Positions 1 through 14,099 of a DNA stretch of 64,000 bases are shown one piece after another (the stretch's first letter is position 1; every line of letters starts with the position of its first letter). The notes beneath the pieces were generated by a model. It was not told the origin of the DNA and did not search any database. It saw only the letters and a list, made by a program, of their open reading frames with translations. Source of the stretch: the human T2T-CHM13v2.0 reference genome, Homo sapiens; the NCBI RefSeq assembly GCF_009914755.1, contig NC_060926.1; one strand, given 5' to 3'. The translations under genes were made by a program, and so were the position numbers.

Positions 1-498
1 AGGGAGTGGGGCACATGAGCTCCACAATGAGATGTCAGAGGTGAGCAGCACTTCAGGGAAGGACTTTGATCCCTCATAAAGGCATAGAAGGTGAAGAGCT
101 TTGTCCTGCATTTTTTTTCCTGAAACAGGTATGCGTGCACATTGATACTTGGAGGCACTGCAGCCCTCCTAAGATCATGAGGCTTTGAACCCAAGACTGA
201 AAAACTGAAGTGCAAAGAAGAAATGTAGCAAAAACCTGGGTCCTTTTGCTGTCACCAAGTTGCTGCACCAACCTCAAATGTTCCAAACTTCAGAATTCTT
301 ATCTCTGCTTCAGCTATTGCTATCATTTCTTGCAATTGCTTCTAAAATTATTTTAACTTATCCAGAAAAAATATTCAAGGGAAAGAGACTGACTGGGTTC
401 TTATTTGTGTTTATGGGAGTCTAAGACACAAAAAAACAGGAAATCAGAAAAAGTGATGTCTTCTCCTAACATCTTTGTCATTCTATGCCCATGGTTAG

Positions 499-1054
<556 letters not shown>

Positions 1055-1199
1055 TCAGTTGTTTTTGCTGAAGATGCCGACTGTTCCAGCCAGATTCCTG
1101 TCAGAGGTTGTGTTTGGAGGGTTTAAAAGAAAAGCTTCCAGGGGCTTAGGGCTGAATTCCAAAAAGGATAGCCGGAGAGTGGCTCTGGATTCCCAGCAA

Positions 1200-2480
1200 G
1201 GAGAATGCCAGATTGAGTCTTGGGAAAGACTATGGACATACTGGATCCCAGGCAGAGACTTGTAGCAGGGAGAAAGCCTCCACAGAAAATCCCTGCTAGG
1301 GCAATATCTAGTAGAGCCATGAAAGTGAGGCAGCCTGGGAGACCACAGAATTGTAGGGCCAGCAGCATGCAACTCCAGCCTGGGAAAGATGCAGGCACAA
1401 GACTCCAACCCATGAAGGCTTCTGGGTGAAGTGAGCCCAGTAAAACCATAGAGGTGGGGCTGCCTGAGGCATTGGTAAACCAACTCCCACCCCAGATTGC
1501 CCCAGATATGAGATTTGAAGTCAAAGATTATTCTCCACCTTTAAGACTTAATGTTTTTCCTGTTGGGTTTTGGGCTTACTTGGGACCAGTTAAACCTTTC
1601 TTTTTACCTATCTCTCTTTTTTGGAATGAGAATGTTTATCTTATGCCTGCCCCACCATTGTACAGTTGTCCCTCAGTTTCCATGGAGAATTGGTTCCAGG
1701 GTCCTCCACAAATACCATAATTTGTGGACATTCAAGTCCTGCAGTCAGCTCTGAAGAACCTGCAAATATGAAAAGTATACCCTCTGCATCTGTGGATTCT
1801 GCATCTGCTGAATACTCTATTTTCAATCCATGGTTGTTGAATCTGTGGATGTAAAACCCATGGGTAGGGAGGGCTAATTGTATTTTGGAAGCATGTAACT
1901 TGATAATTCACAGGCTTATAGCTGGAATTAATTTGCCTGGGATAAATAGTGCCTCGAATCTCACCCATATGTGATTCAGATGAGGCTCTGGACTTTGGAC
2001 TTTTGAGTTGATGCTGGACCAAATTGAGACTTTAGGTGCTATTGGGATAAAATGAATGTATTTTTCATGTGAAAAGGACATGAACTGGAGAGAGTAGGGT
2101 GGAATGCTGTGATTTGAATGTATCCTCCTCAGTTCATTTGTTAGAAATTTACTCCCCAATGCAGCCATGTTGAGAAGTGGAAACTTTAAGAGGTAATTAG
2201 GTCACTAGAGCTTTGCCCTCATGAATGGTTAATGTCATCATGATGGGGGTGAGTTTGTTATAGTGAGAGTGCGTTACTTATAAAAACAAGTTTGACCCCT
2301 TCTTGCTCTTACTCACTCTGTCTTGCCTTTCCACCATGGAGATGCAGCCAGAAGGACCTTGCCAGATAACTGCACCTTGGTATTTGACTTTCCCACCTCC
2401 AGAACTGTGAGAAATAGATTTCTAACTGAAAAGATAAATTACCCAGTTTCAAATATTCTGTTATAACAGCACATACTGAA
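1200..2480 (+). mobile_element. MaLR (MST/MLT1A-type) internal 3' end plus LTR (~2107-2480)
   Basis: THE1/MST-like internal sequence ending CCCACCATTGTA|TTTTGGAAG, then an LTR beginning TGCTGTGATTTGAATGT and ending ..TATTCTGTTATAACAGCAC; boundaries approximate. Confidence 0.7.
1663..1880. mobile_element. MER2-like Tigger DNA transposon nested in the MaLR
   Basis: CAGTTGTCCCTC...GAGGGCTAATTG imperfect terminal inverted repeats flanked by TA at each end. Confidence 0.75.
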
Positions 2481-3867
2481 ACAAATATGTTACTATCATT
2501 ATTTATTTTCAGAGTCAACATTCCCCTATTTTGTCCAAGGGGAGCCCCATTCAAGCTAGCTCCTAATAACTTTTTCTCTTACCCCATCATTTTCTGAGCA
2601 CTTCCTTAGTTTCTGACACAAGAAATGCAGGCTCATCTTATATTTTTTCTGCTCTAAACCTGAGATCAGATATTTTTCCAGTAATTATTCTTTTTAATAG
2701 AGATTGATATTCAATAAAACAAGATTTGAGCACTCAAGGTGTTTATTGAGACTTGTGTGTTACTGCTTCTAGGAAAAATTACCTGTCTATCTGCATATGT
2801 TTTAATCTATATCCGTATAAAACACTCCAAAAATTAGTGAATCTACATTAATGTCTCTAATTACAATCCACATCTACAGTTTCTCCTTTTTTATATTTGT
2901 AGCTTTTTTTCCAAACTGAGAATCTTGGCTGTAATTATTCATACCATATTTACTTAAATGATCAAACATTTTGTGTGACACCAATCTCCCACTGTCCCTG
3001 TCACCTAAACTTTCCTTGCGGACAACTTCCCTCTTATGCCTCACACACCTTCATTAGTCTTGATACTCCGTGCCAGTCCACCGTGAACTTTGCATCCCTG
3101 CATAGCTGCCCTTTCCCCCCCGGGGCTCTGACATTAGCAACAGTGTCCTCCACCCTTGTGACTGTCCTGCTCATCCTCATCCAGCTGTGATGTCCTGCAT
3201 AAGTGGGATGAGGGGTCTTGCATCCTGCACACCCAGGTAGGGATACTTGTCTCTGCTAACTATAGCTTCAACGCACAGGTAGGCTTTCCTCTACACCCCA
3301 CAACACGGGTGCACTTTCTATATTGTGTAGGCTCAGTATCTCATACAATTCCCTGGCTTTTTGTTGCATAGTTTTCTTTCTGAACCTGCTCGGATCAAGT
3401 GCCCTAAACCCAGTCATTAAGAACTGTTTTCTCTTAGGAGCTGGAAGAGATTGGTGATTTGGAAATGTGCAGGTATAAGAAACAGAGTAGTCACAGGGAT
3501 AGAGGGTGACAACTTGGTTTAGAGGACACCTCAGCTTCTGAAGGGGAATGGCTTGGATAAGAGAAATAAAAGGCATAAATAAAATTCAGGGAGCACAGGG
3601 AAATATCTAGCATGAGACTGTAGGATGGCATACAGAGCTAGAATATAGCTGAGAACTTTCAGAAGTAAAGGGAGAAAATTTATCATGTTGGCTGGCCCAG
3701 CTGAAAGAGGTAGGAAAGAACATTCAGATATGGAGGATAACAATTATGTGTCTGGAGATGGGAGATTAGCTATGCCAGATAGCCAGTGGCAGGACCCTTC
3801 CTTGCTGTGGCATTATTTTCAAGTATTAGGGTTTTTTTAAGTTTTTTATTTCTTTTTTAATGAGCAA

Positions 3868-3914
<47 letters not shown>
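3868..3914. repeat. (TATC)n microsatellite
   Basis: about 11 tandem TATC units. Confidence 0.95.
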
Positions 3915-4280
3915 ATTCATGATTATACCTTAATGCATCCATTGTTGGTAGCACTGACAATTTACAGCACTGGTGTTTCCAGGGAATTGGACCAAAAAGG
4001 AAGTCTCTCTGACCTTAATAGTACTCATCTGTATCAAATGCAGGAAACTTCTAAAATTTCTTGAGTTTCTAGAGATGTTTTTCCCTAGCAGACCTTATCA
4101 TAAATAGAAAGCTAGCAAGAGAAGCATGTCATGAAACATGAAGAGAGCAAAAGAACACTCCACACATAGGACAGTAGGCTGATTCTTTCCTGTAGCCTGC
4201 AGGGAGAAACACATGCTCTGCAGACTTTGGACACCTGGGAGGCACTGGGCCTGTGCAGTGTTATTGAGATAAGTCATCTT

Positions 4281-4301
4281 TGCAGCTGTGCAGATTTGCA
4301 T
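4281..4301 (+). promoter_or_regulatory. IGKV1D-27 promoter: pentadecamer/E-box and octamer
   Basis: TGCAGCTGTGCAG at 4281; ATTTGCAT at 4294-4301, about 90 nt before the ATG. Confidence 0.9.
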
Positions 4302-4389
4302 GTCCCACAGAGCAACGCCTACTGCCCTGAACATTTATCAATAGGCTGGTGACATCCTGTGCAGAAGTCTCTCTCAGTCCGGACACAGC

Positions 4390-4867
<478 letters not shown>

Positions 4868-4895
4868 CACTGTGATACAAGCCTGAACATAAACC
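4868..4895 (+). other. 12-RSS of IGKV1D-27
   Basis: CACTGTG + 12 nt (ATACAAGCCTGA) + ACATAAACC. Confidence 0.95.
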
Positions 4896-5948
4896 ATGGA
4901 GGGAAGTAGATGTGTGAGGCTGGGCTGCCCCAGCTGCTCCTCCTGGTGCCGCCGTCTGCTGACAGCAGTTCTCAGATGCAGCCAAGGTTTGAAGCTCACT
5001 GGGAAGTTTTGGTAGAAGGGGTCAGGGAGGCACATTTACATTCTATCTCTCTTTATCCTCAGCTCCATCAGCTGATATGCAAGTATCTCTCCTGATTATT
5101 ATTAATAAAGGACAAAGAAAATTAAACCTAGGAGGTCTAGATTGCAGCAAAAGTCAGACTTATACAGAAAAGGAGAAGGTACTCTACATATTTTTAAAGA
5201 ATTTTTTTTTGATACAGGGGATTAGAGTCTAAATTATGACCTTTCAAAGATCAGACATAAGTACATACACATATAAGTATGTTCAGCCAACAATATATCA
5301 GATAAACGTATTGCACCTATATGTATACTGTAAACATTTATGCTCCGATCCCACCTTCTTCCAACACTACCCAGATCAAGATCCACACTCTTCCCAGCAT
5401 CTCAAATATCTCCCCAGTTTACTTCCCTGTCAATTCCGTGTTCCATCTATCATCATCCTAGGCTTCCGCTGTATTTTATTTCAATATTTATTAATTTTTC
5501 CTATACTTAAGCTTTATATAATTTCAATCATACAGTATTTACTCTTTGACGTTTTGCTTATTTTGATCAAAATATTTTTGAGTTTCATCTGTGTTGTTTC
5601 TCTGGCAGTAATTTGTGCCTTTTTATTGAGGCACAATTTTCCATGAATATGCCAAAATATATTCATTTTTCAACTAATGATTTGTTTTTGGTTTAAGAAT
5701 ATTACTGGTAAAAACCTTAAGAACATTCTTGTGCTTGTCTTTTGTGAACTTATGCACTCATTTCTCTTGGGAATATTCCTAAGAATGGAAGTGTTGAGTT
5801 ATAAAGTTAGCATAGATTTTGTCTTAGTAAACATTGACAATAGTTTACTGAAATACTGAACATATTTACGTGAAACCAACCACGTCATAAAAGTCTCAAT
5901 TGCTGTCAATCTTTTTCAGTACTCAGTACTGTCAAACTTTTATTATAT

Positions 5949-6362
5949 CTAGGGTGGAGGCCAAAGCAACCCCATCTTGGATGCTAATTTTCCATGTCTG
6001 ACTTCTGATTAACCTGAGTTCTGGGACGGTCTCTAAGATTTTCAGTTTATCTATTTTATCTTATTTAAGAGCAAGTACTTAGCATAAATCCTGCCCTTAA
6101 ACAACCTTGATGTAATCATTCTTTGATTGTCGTACACATCCTTTCTGAACCACTGGTCTCCTATGGTATACAAGCCCTATTTGAGAGGGGTCATGGCAAG
6201 TGATTGACCATCTTATCTGCCTACTGTCAGAGACACAGACACGGCTTCTGTTTTTAAGTCTCTATTAAATGTTTCTTTCTGAGAAACTGGATGTGTCGGC
6301 CTCTTTCTTCAGCCTTTCAGCTTCCTCAGGCATTGGGGTCAAGTTTGCATAGATCTACCCTG
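5949..6362 (+). mobile_element. ERV1-class solo LTR (subfamily uncertain)
   Basis: CCATCTTGGATGCTAAT...GACTTCTGATTAACC motif, ATTAAA polyA signal and U5-like end. Confidence 0.55.
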
Positions 6363-7059
6363 TCATGTGCACTCCAAGGTCAGAGTTAACCAGGCCCATG
6401 TGTGTTTATGTCTTTCCACAATGTCAGACTTTTACTGATGCTATTTCCAACACAGAAGCTGCAAGCTACATGGAGCTCCCAAGGAGCCATTCAATTGTCA
6501 GTGTTGCGGGCACACAGGCTAAAACCATTGCACAAGCCGGTCAATATTGCAAACCATACATAATAGTATTCTTAATCAATACATAAACATTATAAGTTAA
6601 AGTTTACACAATGCAACATTTAACACCAAAAGAAAAAAAATAGGAGAAAGAGTTATCAAATCAATCCAGGGGTAGTGAAGAAGACAAAAAGAATCCTGGT
6701 CTGGCCTGAAGGTCCCTTGGTCCTTGCAAGGAAGAGTCTCTGATGTGTCAGAGCCTTCTTAGACAGATGAGGAGTTCTTACCACAAATGACAACGGGATG
6801 GTTGTGAATTAAGATGGCCCTTTTGAGATACTGACAGCCCGCACTTTCATGGTCACAGAGTCCTCTGGTAAGAACTCATAGTGCAAGACTGTGCTTGCTT
6901 GTGACCTTATCTGGTTGGATGCAGCCTTTATTTTTTTTATTTTGTAGGCAAAACATTTTATTCTTGTTGGCAAGCTGCCCTATGAAACATATAATGCAGT
7001 CTTTATCTGAGATGGAGTCAATTATGTCAAAGTTCCACTATACATATCCAGCACAAAAC

Positions 7060-8720
7060 ATCTGTACTGATAAATCTGAAGTTGTATCATGATTAAAATT
7101 TATACTTCCTTAATAGGTAATGATGTTGAGTCACTTTTCATATATTTATTTTCATTGGCTGTTTGCGTATCTTTAGGGAAGTTCCTGTTCAAATCATGTG
7201 TGTGAGTGTCTGTGTGTGTAATGTTATATTAATCATACACATTGATACGATTAGAAGTTCTTAATTATAATGTAATCTAATTTGTCATTTTACTTGTCAT
7301 TTTTTTCTCCTGTGTTTGTTTTGTGTGTTTACATGTGTCCTCTGTTTAATAAATTTTTACCACCAAAGGGCTTAAAGATATGCTCCTATGCTTTCTTGAA
7401 GAAGCATCGTTATTTTACCTCTCACATATAGGCTACAGTCTATCTCTAATTCATGTTTTTTGCCTGGGGTGAGGTGGATCAAGAATTGTATTTTGATGTC
7501 TTGTTTTATTTATTTTTATTTTCATACTCAACAACTCCTCACCATTTCTTGCAAAAATAGAGCAAAACACAACAAAACAAAAAACAATTGAAAACCTATA
7601 CCTCACTCTATTGCCTGTGTTTAAAAATCTCATGATTGAGTAAAAAGAATATTTTTCTTGACTCTTTGTCTATCTCTGTACTTACAGTACAGTCTTAATT
7701 ACTGTGGCTTTATTATAAAGAAAAAAAAAGTCAGAAGACATAATACCAGATTTTTAGACTTAAGATTTTCTTGGCTATTCTACGTCCTTTGAATTTCCAA
7801 GTAAATTGTAGAATCACCTTTTCAATTTCAAAAATTCCTTTGAGGATTTTAATTGGACTGCATTGAGTCTATATATCAAATTGGAGAAAACTGAAATCTT
7901 TTTTTTTTATTATACTTTAAGTTTTAGGGTACATGTGCACAACGTGCAGGTTTGTTACATATGTATACATGTGCCATGTTGGTGTGCTGCACCCATTAAC
8001 TCTTAACAATATCAAATCTTCTGTTCTATGGACATGAAAATGCTATTTATTTATATCTCCTTTAATCCACATTGTATGCAGAGACCTATTTCTAGTGATT
8101 AAGTTTTAGATTCTTTAAGAACTTATGTACAAAGTTTATCAGCAAATACAAATGTTTTGCTTATTCATTTCCATACTCCATGGGTTTTGTTTGTTTATTT
8201 GTTTTGAATTTTTGCATGTCTTAGGACCTCCATTATGATTTCATATAGTGGATGGTTCAGTATTTTTTATAATTTGAGAAGTGAAATGTTTAATATTTTA
8301 TCACTAAGTAAGATGTTTGCTGTAGAATTGCCTGTACCACTTCTCAATAATTTTAAACCTCAGTAATTCTAAAGATGGATCATTTGTAGATGCTTTATCA
8401 GAATAAGATGTTTTCCATTATCCCAGGCTTGCTGAGAGTTTTATTGTGAATAGCTGTTGACTTCTTTCAAGTGATTTTCAGCTACTATTGAGATAATGAA
8501 AGTTATTGTTCTTAATTCTGTCAGTATGATGCATTATATGGATTGATTATGTAATGTTATAATAACCTTGCACTTCTGAAATATATTCAAGTTGGGCATG
8601 GCAGATTATCTGAGAGAGATAGAGGTAAATCTTCCCTTTTTTTTTGAATGTTTGTCTATGTTTATGAGAGATATTGACTTTTAGTTTTTCCATTTGAAAT
8701 GTCTTCAGTAGTCTTTTGAT
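7060..8720 (-). mobile_element. old L1M fragment, antisense
   Basis: T-rich degenerate ORF2-like sequence (TTTTAATTGGACTGCATTGAGTCTATATATC; AGATGTTTGCTGTAG). Confidence 0.6.
7899..8002 (-). mobile_element. ~100-bp L1PA 3' terminal fragment inside the old L1
   Basis: T10-ATTATACTTTAAGTTTTAGGGTACATGTGCACAACGTGCAGG is the reverse complement of the young L1 3' end. Confidence 0.9.
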
Positions 8721-9359
8721 CTTATCGCTCTTATTGTGCAGTTGTCAACATAACTTATCAAACTAGACAGTGAGAGATTAGAACATGAGCAACATCATTC
8801 TTAAGGCTCCTTGTGGTTATCGAGATGTTGGAGGGGATAGAGATATAAACCTGAGAAATATTTCAGTGAGAGAGTTGATGGGACTGAGGTTTGCACAGCC
8901 AATAGCAGTTGATTTTTAAAAATTGCTTATATGTGCAACTATATTTCCCTTTATAATTTTTACCCTTTACTCTGTGTGTAGAAAAGTGTATTTTATCCTG
9001 CTCTACTAGGACATTTGTGTTTTCATTTCTTTTTATAAATCTGAAATTCATGTTTATTTGTGGATTATCACTTCACTTAAAGATTTTATACAATGCCGTT
9101 CTAGCAATTTGAGATTTTGGAGTACTATACTGCTGATATTGAGTGGCAAACATAAACATAACCACTAATCGTATCTTATGATCTAAATAGAATACATACT
9201 GGTTGGAGTGGGGAAATTGTGCATATCATGAAGTAAGGACAAGCATTAGAAATAAAGGAAATATTTCTTAAGATATTTGATAGCTTAGGAAATATCATTT
9301 CATAACACTTATATTTTCAGAAAAATATTTGATGTGTTTGTGTTCTATTTCTGAATTAG

Positions 9360-9562
9360 ATGTCACAGTAATCACTGTGCTGACTCAGGCTCTGGTCTCC
9401 AAAAACAGCTTGATCAGTTAGGGCTGAGCAGTGACTCAGCCTGGTATTGGCAGAATCCAGTTTAGTATCCTGCGATTCTTACTGTGTGTGCGCCTGTCTG
9501 ACTTCACCCTGACTCAGTGGAATTGGTCTGAGACAGTTGCCTTGCTCACAGTTAGGAGCTGA
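9360..9562 (+). pseudogene. Vkappa relic A (highly decayed, 3' truncated)
   Basis: AG acceptor, 11-nt L2, ATC ACT GTG CTG ACT CAG (ITVLTQ), GCCTGGTATTGGCAGAATCCAG (FR2-like), CAGTGGAATTGGTCTGAGACAG (FR3-like). Confidence 0.6.
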
Positions 9563-9761
9563 AATTATGAGGCTCCCACATGATAAGGAAACAGCCTTTC
9601 TTCTCATTGTAAGATGAGTTCTGAGGGCTTTTTTGCATCTGTGAATTGTGACTTCTCACGAGGAACTCACACACTTGAGTGACCTGAGAAGACCATGAAG
9701 TGTGATGTATTTAACCTCAATTACATCACCATTTTTCATGTGATTTTTTTTTTCATTTCAG

Positions 9762-10090
9762 TTGTCAATGGGAACATTATCGTGCCCAAACTTACAAAAC
9801 TTCCAGACAAAGCTTCCTGAGAGAAGTTGAAAGGCCACCATCAGCTGAGAAGCTGTGACGATATTTGTAGCTGCCTGAATTGGAGCCAACAAAAACCAGG
9901 TCAGGTTCTGAATCTTATTATTTATAGTAATTATGACCTGCACCTTGCTGTCCTTGCCAGGATTAGTGACAGTGGGTGGACTGATTTCATCCCCTCCATC
10001 AGCAGCCTGGAGGCTGAAGATGCAGCGTATTGTTACTGTCAACAACATAGGAGCTTGCCTGTCACGGTGTGAGAACTCTGGACAGCGAGA
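9762..10090 (+). pseudogene. Vkappa relic B with degenerate RSS
   Basis: TTTCAG acceptor, 11-nt L2; LNWSQQKPGQ...[21 protein letters not shown]; heptamer CACGGTG 10063-10069, nonamer decayed. Confidence 0.85.
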
Positions 10091-12039
10091 GGACACCAAT
10101 CCACTCGTTTCTCTTGTCAAAATGACTGATATCTAAGTGGGAAATCTAATGAACCCCTCAGAAAGGGCCTTTGGATACTACTTTATCCCATGATGAAAGA
10201 CAGGAACCAAAACCATACACATTTGATGGGAATTTGGGCTCATCCACTTAACAGCTGTGTGACTTTCAGGACGTTACTTAAACTTTCTTTGCTTGGTTTT
10301 CCCATCTGTAATAATAAAAAATAAAGGAATAACTATATCATACAGTATTATGAGTTGAATAGATGTTTTTAAAATGTTTATAAATAGTAAACATTTGATA
10401 ACATTATTTATCATTATTTTGCTCCACCCGGTAATTATATATATAATATTTCTCACCATATTTTAAAATTTGAACCATTTCATAATTTAAAAATTGTTTT
10501 GCAACTTCCACTTCTGTAAAATGGTGGAATGGCTTATGTGGAACCAACCTGCTGGGTACACCTAAAAAAAGCTGAATAAAATATGAAAACGTGTTTGAAG
10601 GCATTAGAGCATCACCATGTCTGAGAGTCTGATTACTTTTGATGTTTTATCCCTGACATCCTCCAAGCCCCTCCTCCTTTTTTCTCTGCCCATATCTCTA
10701 TAAGCACTGGTAGGAAATTCCCCACAACCCTCCAGCTCACAGGGAGAACATTCTCTCACTCTCTCCCCTTACCAACTCTAAAAGCCTAAACTCTGCCTCT
10801 TCAGGCAGGTCTGCACCAGCTCGTGCCCACCCCACACAGGCATCCTTCGTGGGAACAATAAACACTCTCTCAAGTTTTCTTGGCCTCAACTTAATAATTA
10901 TTAATTAGGAAACCGGCCCATCTACCTCCATGATGGGGCATTAAACATTACAACCCAGCAGGTCTTCAAGGAGACAAGAAAAGCAGGGAAGCATAGACAG
11001 GGGAGCACTAGTTTTGTGCCTTCAGTGTCCCTTGAGACATAAGCAGGCTCAGAAATAGAGGCCCAGTCCTGAAAATCTGAAAGAAAGGAGGGGCCAAGGG
11101 GCCTCGGAGTCCATCAGAGCTTTAAAAAAATCTCATATGGCCACAGGTGAAAAACTGTCCCGAACGACTGCAGAAAAGGAGGGATCCTGACACATACCAA
11201 GGTCTTGAGGTGAAATCTTGCTAGGGAAACATACCGGGAGGAGGTTGCACCAGGAGTAGCAAGGCACCACCGTGTTGATACCCAGGCCCAAAGTACTGCA
11301 GTCCTTTGATGGCATTAACTTGGTACAGCCCTAGCATTTCATTCTGGCAGAATAAGAAGTAAATCCTCTCTGGAGTGTGAAAATTATTCCAGAGCCCAAA
11401 ATTGCTTCTAAAATGTTGTAGGGCAAGTATCAGTTTAAATCTACATAGATATTAAGTGTATTAAACATAGTGTGATTTCAATCAACAATACCCAAACATA
11501 CAAAATGGAGAGAAAAAAAACAGGCAACAGAAAGGGACCAAAATAATTTGCGGATATTGGGACAATAGTATATTATATGCTGAATGCATTCTATGACAAG
11601 ATCAAGAATTTTAGCAGAGAACCAGAAACTATAAAAAGAAATCAAACAAATGTCAAATATAAAGTAATTCAAACCAATAACTCAATGGATGAATGTAACG
11701 GTAAATTTGACAGTTAAATTTGCTCTTGCAAGTGATCCACTGGAAGTTTGGTCAGGCCATGAGGCAATTTGTAATAAATAAAAAGAATAAAATCATTTCT
11801 AGACAAATATGATGAAAGTGATTTGATTTAATTAAGTGTAAATTATTGTCTCAAAAATTGTAAATTGATTGATCCTCAGGTGAAAGAAGCAACACTCCTT
11901 CCATTTTAGACCAAAATGTGTGAGAATTTCCTGACCAGAGAAAGAACACAGAGCACTGGGCAAGAAAAGGAGGCTGAGTGATGAGGTGGCAGCCTGGGAC
12001 CCTCGAACCCACGTGAAGCCCTAAATTCCGCAGGCTTCA

Positions 12040-12252
<213 letters not shown>

Positions 12253-13050
12253 GCATTGCTCCTCGCCTTCAGACACAGCTTCCAATACAGTTTTGAAAAA
12301 TAATTTAAATCATTCCATAAATACTGGAATGTAAATATTTCATAAAAATCTAGAATGTACTCCATTTAGAGAAGATAGAAGAGGCAGTCTTTCTGCTCTA
12401 TAATCATCTGGAGGGCACTGTCCTGCTCTGAACTTGAGCTCTAGCCAGAGCTGATAATACGAAGACCTTTCTCTGTGCAGCCATCAGCCTCGACCCCCAG
12501 CACTGCAGGGGAGCTGAGAGAGGCCAGAGGCACAGACATAGTGGAAACTGCCCACAGATTCCGACTGAGGGAACAACGAAAGAGTGGAGTAAGAAATCAC
12601 CGACTGAGCCGCTGTGGGCCTCAAGTCTGATAAACTTACGGTCACTCTATTGCTAACTAGAGAGCGTTGGACAGCAACATATTGTGTGGCCTCCACAACA
12701 CTTGGAAACCAGACATGAGGAAATCCCAATTCATAGGTATTAACATCTAACTGAAAGCTACCCACCACTCGCTTATGTTTCCACAGTCTTGGATAGTGCC
12801 TGAAAACCATTTATGATTGTTTTAGGCATCATGAACAAGCCAAGCAAACAAACAAGAAAGCGTGTTTGAGAATATGCAAAAAAGACTTACCTTATTCACT
12901 AGGAATGACACTGTCAAGTACCTACCGGGAAAAAACACCAGGTGTCTTGGCGGAGTTGACCACAAGAAGGGGCACGTGCGCAATAGCGATCCTAGAGAGG
13001 GCTCTGGTATCTCGGATTAACAAGGGCCCAGAGTCCCGGCCGGTTCTGGG

Positions 13051-13065
13051 TATTATTAATTACTA

Positions 13066-13096
<31 letters not shown>

Positions 13097-13110
13097 TACT
13101 ATTATTACTT
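13051..13110. repeat. (TAT/TAC)n microsatellite
   Basis: TATTATTAATTACTATTATTATTAT...TACTATTACT. Confidence 0.9.
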
Positions 13111-14099
13111 CATCATCCCAGTTCATAGCTTACCATTTTCACGCACTAATAATTTTACACCTCTTCGCGTTTCTTATTTTTCTAGCTGACTCTATTGTAG
13201 AAGGACAATTAAACTTAGGACTCAGAACAACCTAATCAATGGGTAATTGTTTAAACATCAGTTCCCTCTGTCACATACTGTGACATGCAGAGTGTGTGTA
13301 AGCCTGGAGAAATGATTCACAGGAAATGTCCATGAGGAAGAGCTGTGAGTGAGAGGGTCTGTCTAGCAAAGGAGAGGAGTGAGGACTAGGTTTTTGGAGT
13401 GTGGCCTAGTAATTGAAGGGCATCAAAAGGACAAGGATCAAGATGTTCTTCATCCAGGTGTGAGGACATGCAAACCCTGCAGGTCCTCCCAGGCCAGTGG
13501 TCATGGTCTTGGAGACTTGTAGATCTAACTGTCATTTGCTCACATCCACAGTTACCACCTGGCTCCAAAGATAGCACTGGTATGGGCTAGCTTCCCGGAT
13601 GCTCCAGAAGTGTAGATATAGTTTGCCAATGATTAAGAGGACAATGAAAATTGTATATTTGGTTAGATTTATATCTATGACTCCATTCAGGAAAGAAAAA
13701 TGAGCAGAAGAAATAGCTCTCTGAACTAAATGAAAAATCACAACCTAGTGACATTTTTCCTTTCCCATATTGATCCTTTAATATCATGTTTGACACTTCA
13801 GAAGGTCAGCTGACCCCTGGGATATTTATCGTTAAATCATGATTCTGCTCAACCTGAGCCCATGGTTGGACCATGCCCAGGCATCTGAATACAGCCGGCC
13901 TGGGAGCCGCAGCGAGGCATTCTCTCTCATAGGAAGCTTTGACTGAGGTTCAGAGATGAATGCCTAGCACTCAAGGTCTTTTGCATAGAAACATACATGG
14001 GCTATTTGACCACTCCATCTAAGGTGTGAAAGTGAACCTGTTATCTGATTCTGCTCATCTAGGCTGAAAACACACTTCTGGATGATTCCTCTGCCCAGG

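Noticed and set aside
5077-5084. Reverse octamer-like ATGCAAGT 3' of IGKV1D-27
   Set aside because: One mismatch and no associated leader or gene; not supportable as a promoter.
9567-9613. Apparent V2-type leader ATGAGGCTCCCA...GTAAG
   Set aside because: It aligns to intron sequence in paralog D, whose real leader remnant is at 35312-35359; wrong length and phase.
12957-12976. CTCF-like GACCACAAGAAGGGGCAC
   Set aside because: Spacing of the GGC core is off relative to the consensus.
12866-13189. 107-aa ORF with poly-Tyr
   Set aside because: Product of the (TAT)n microsatellite; no coding signature.
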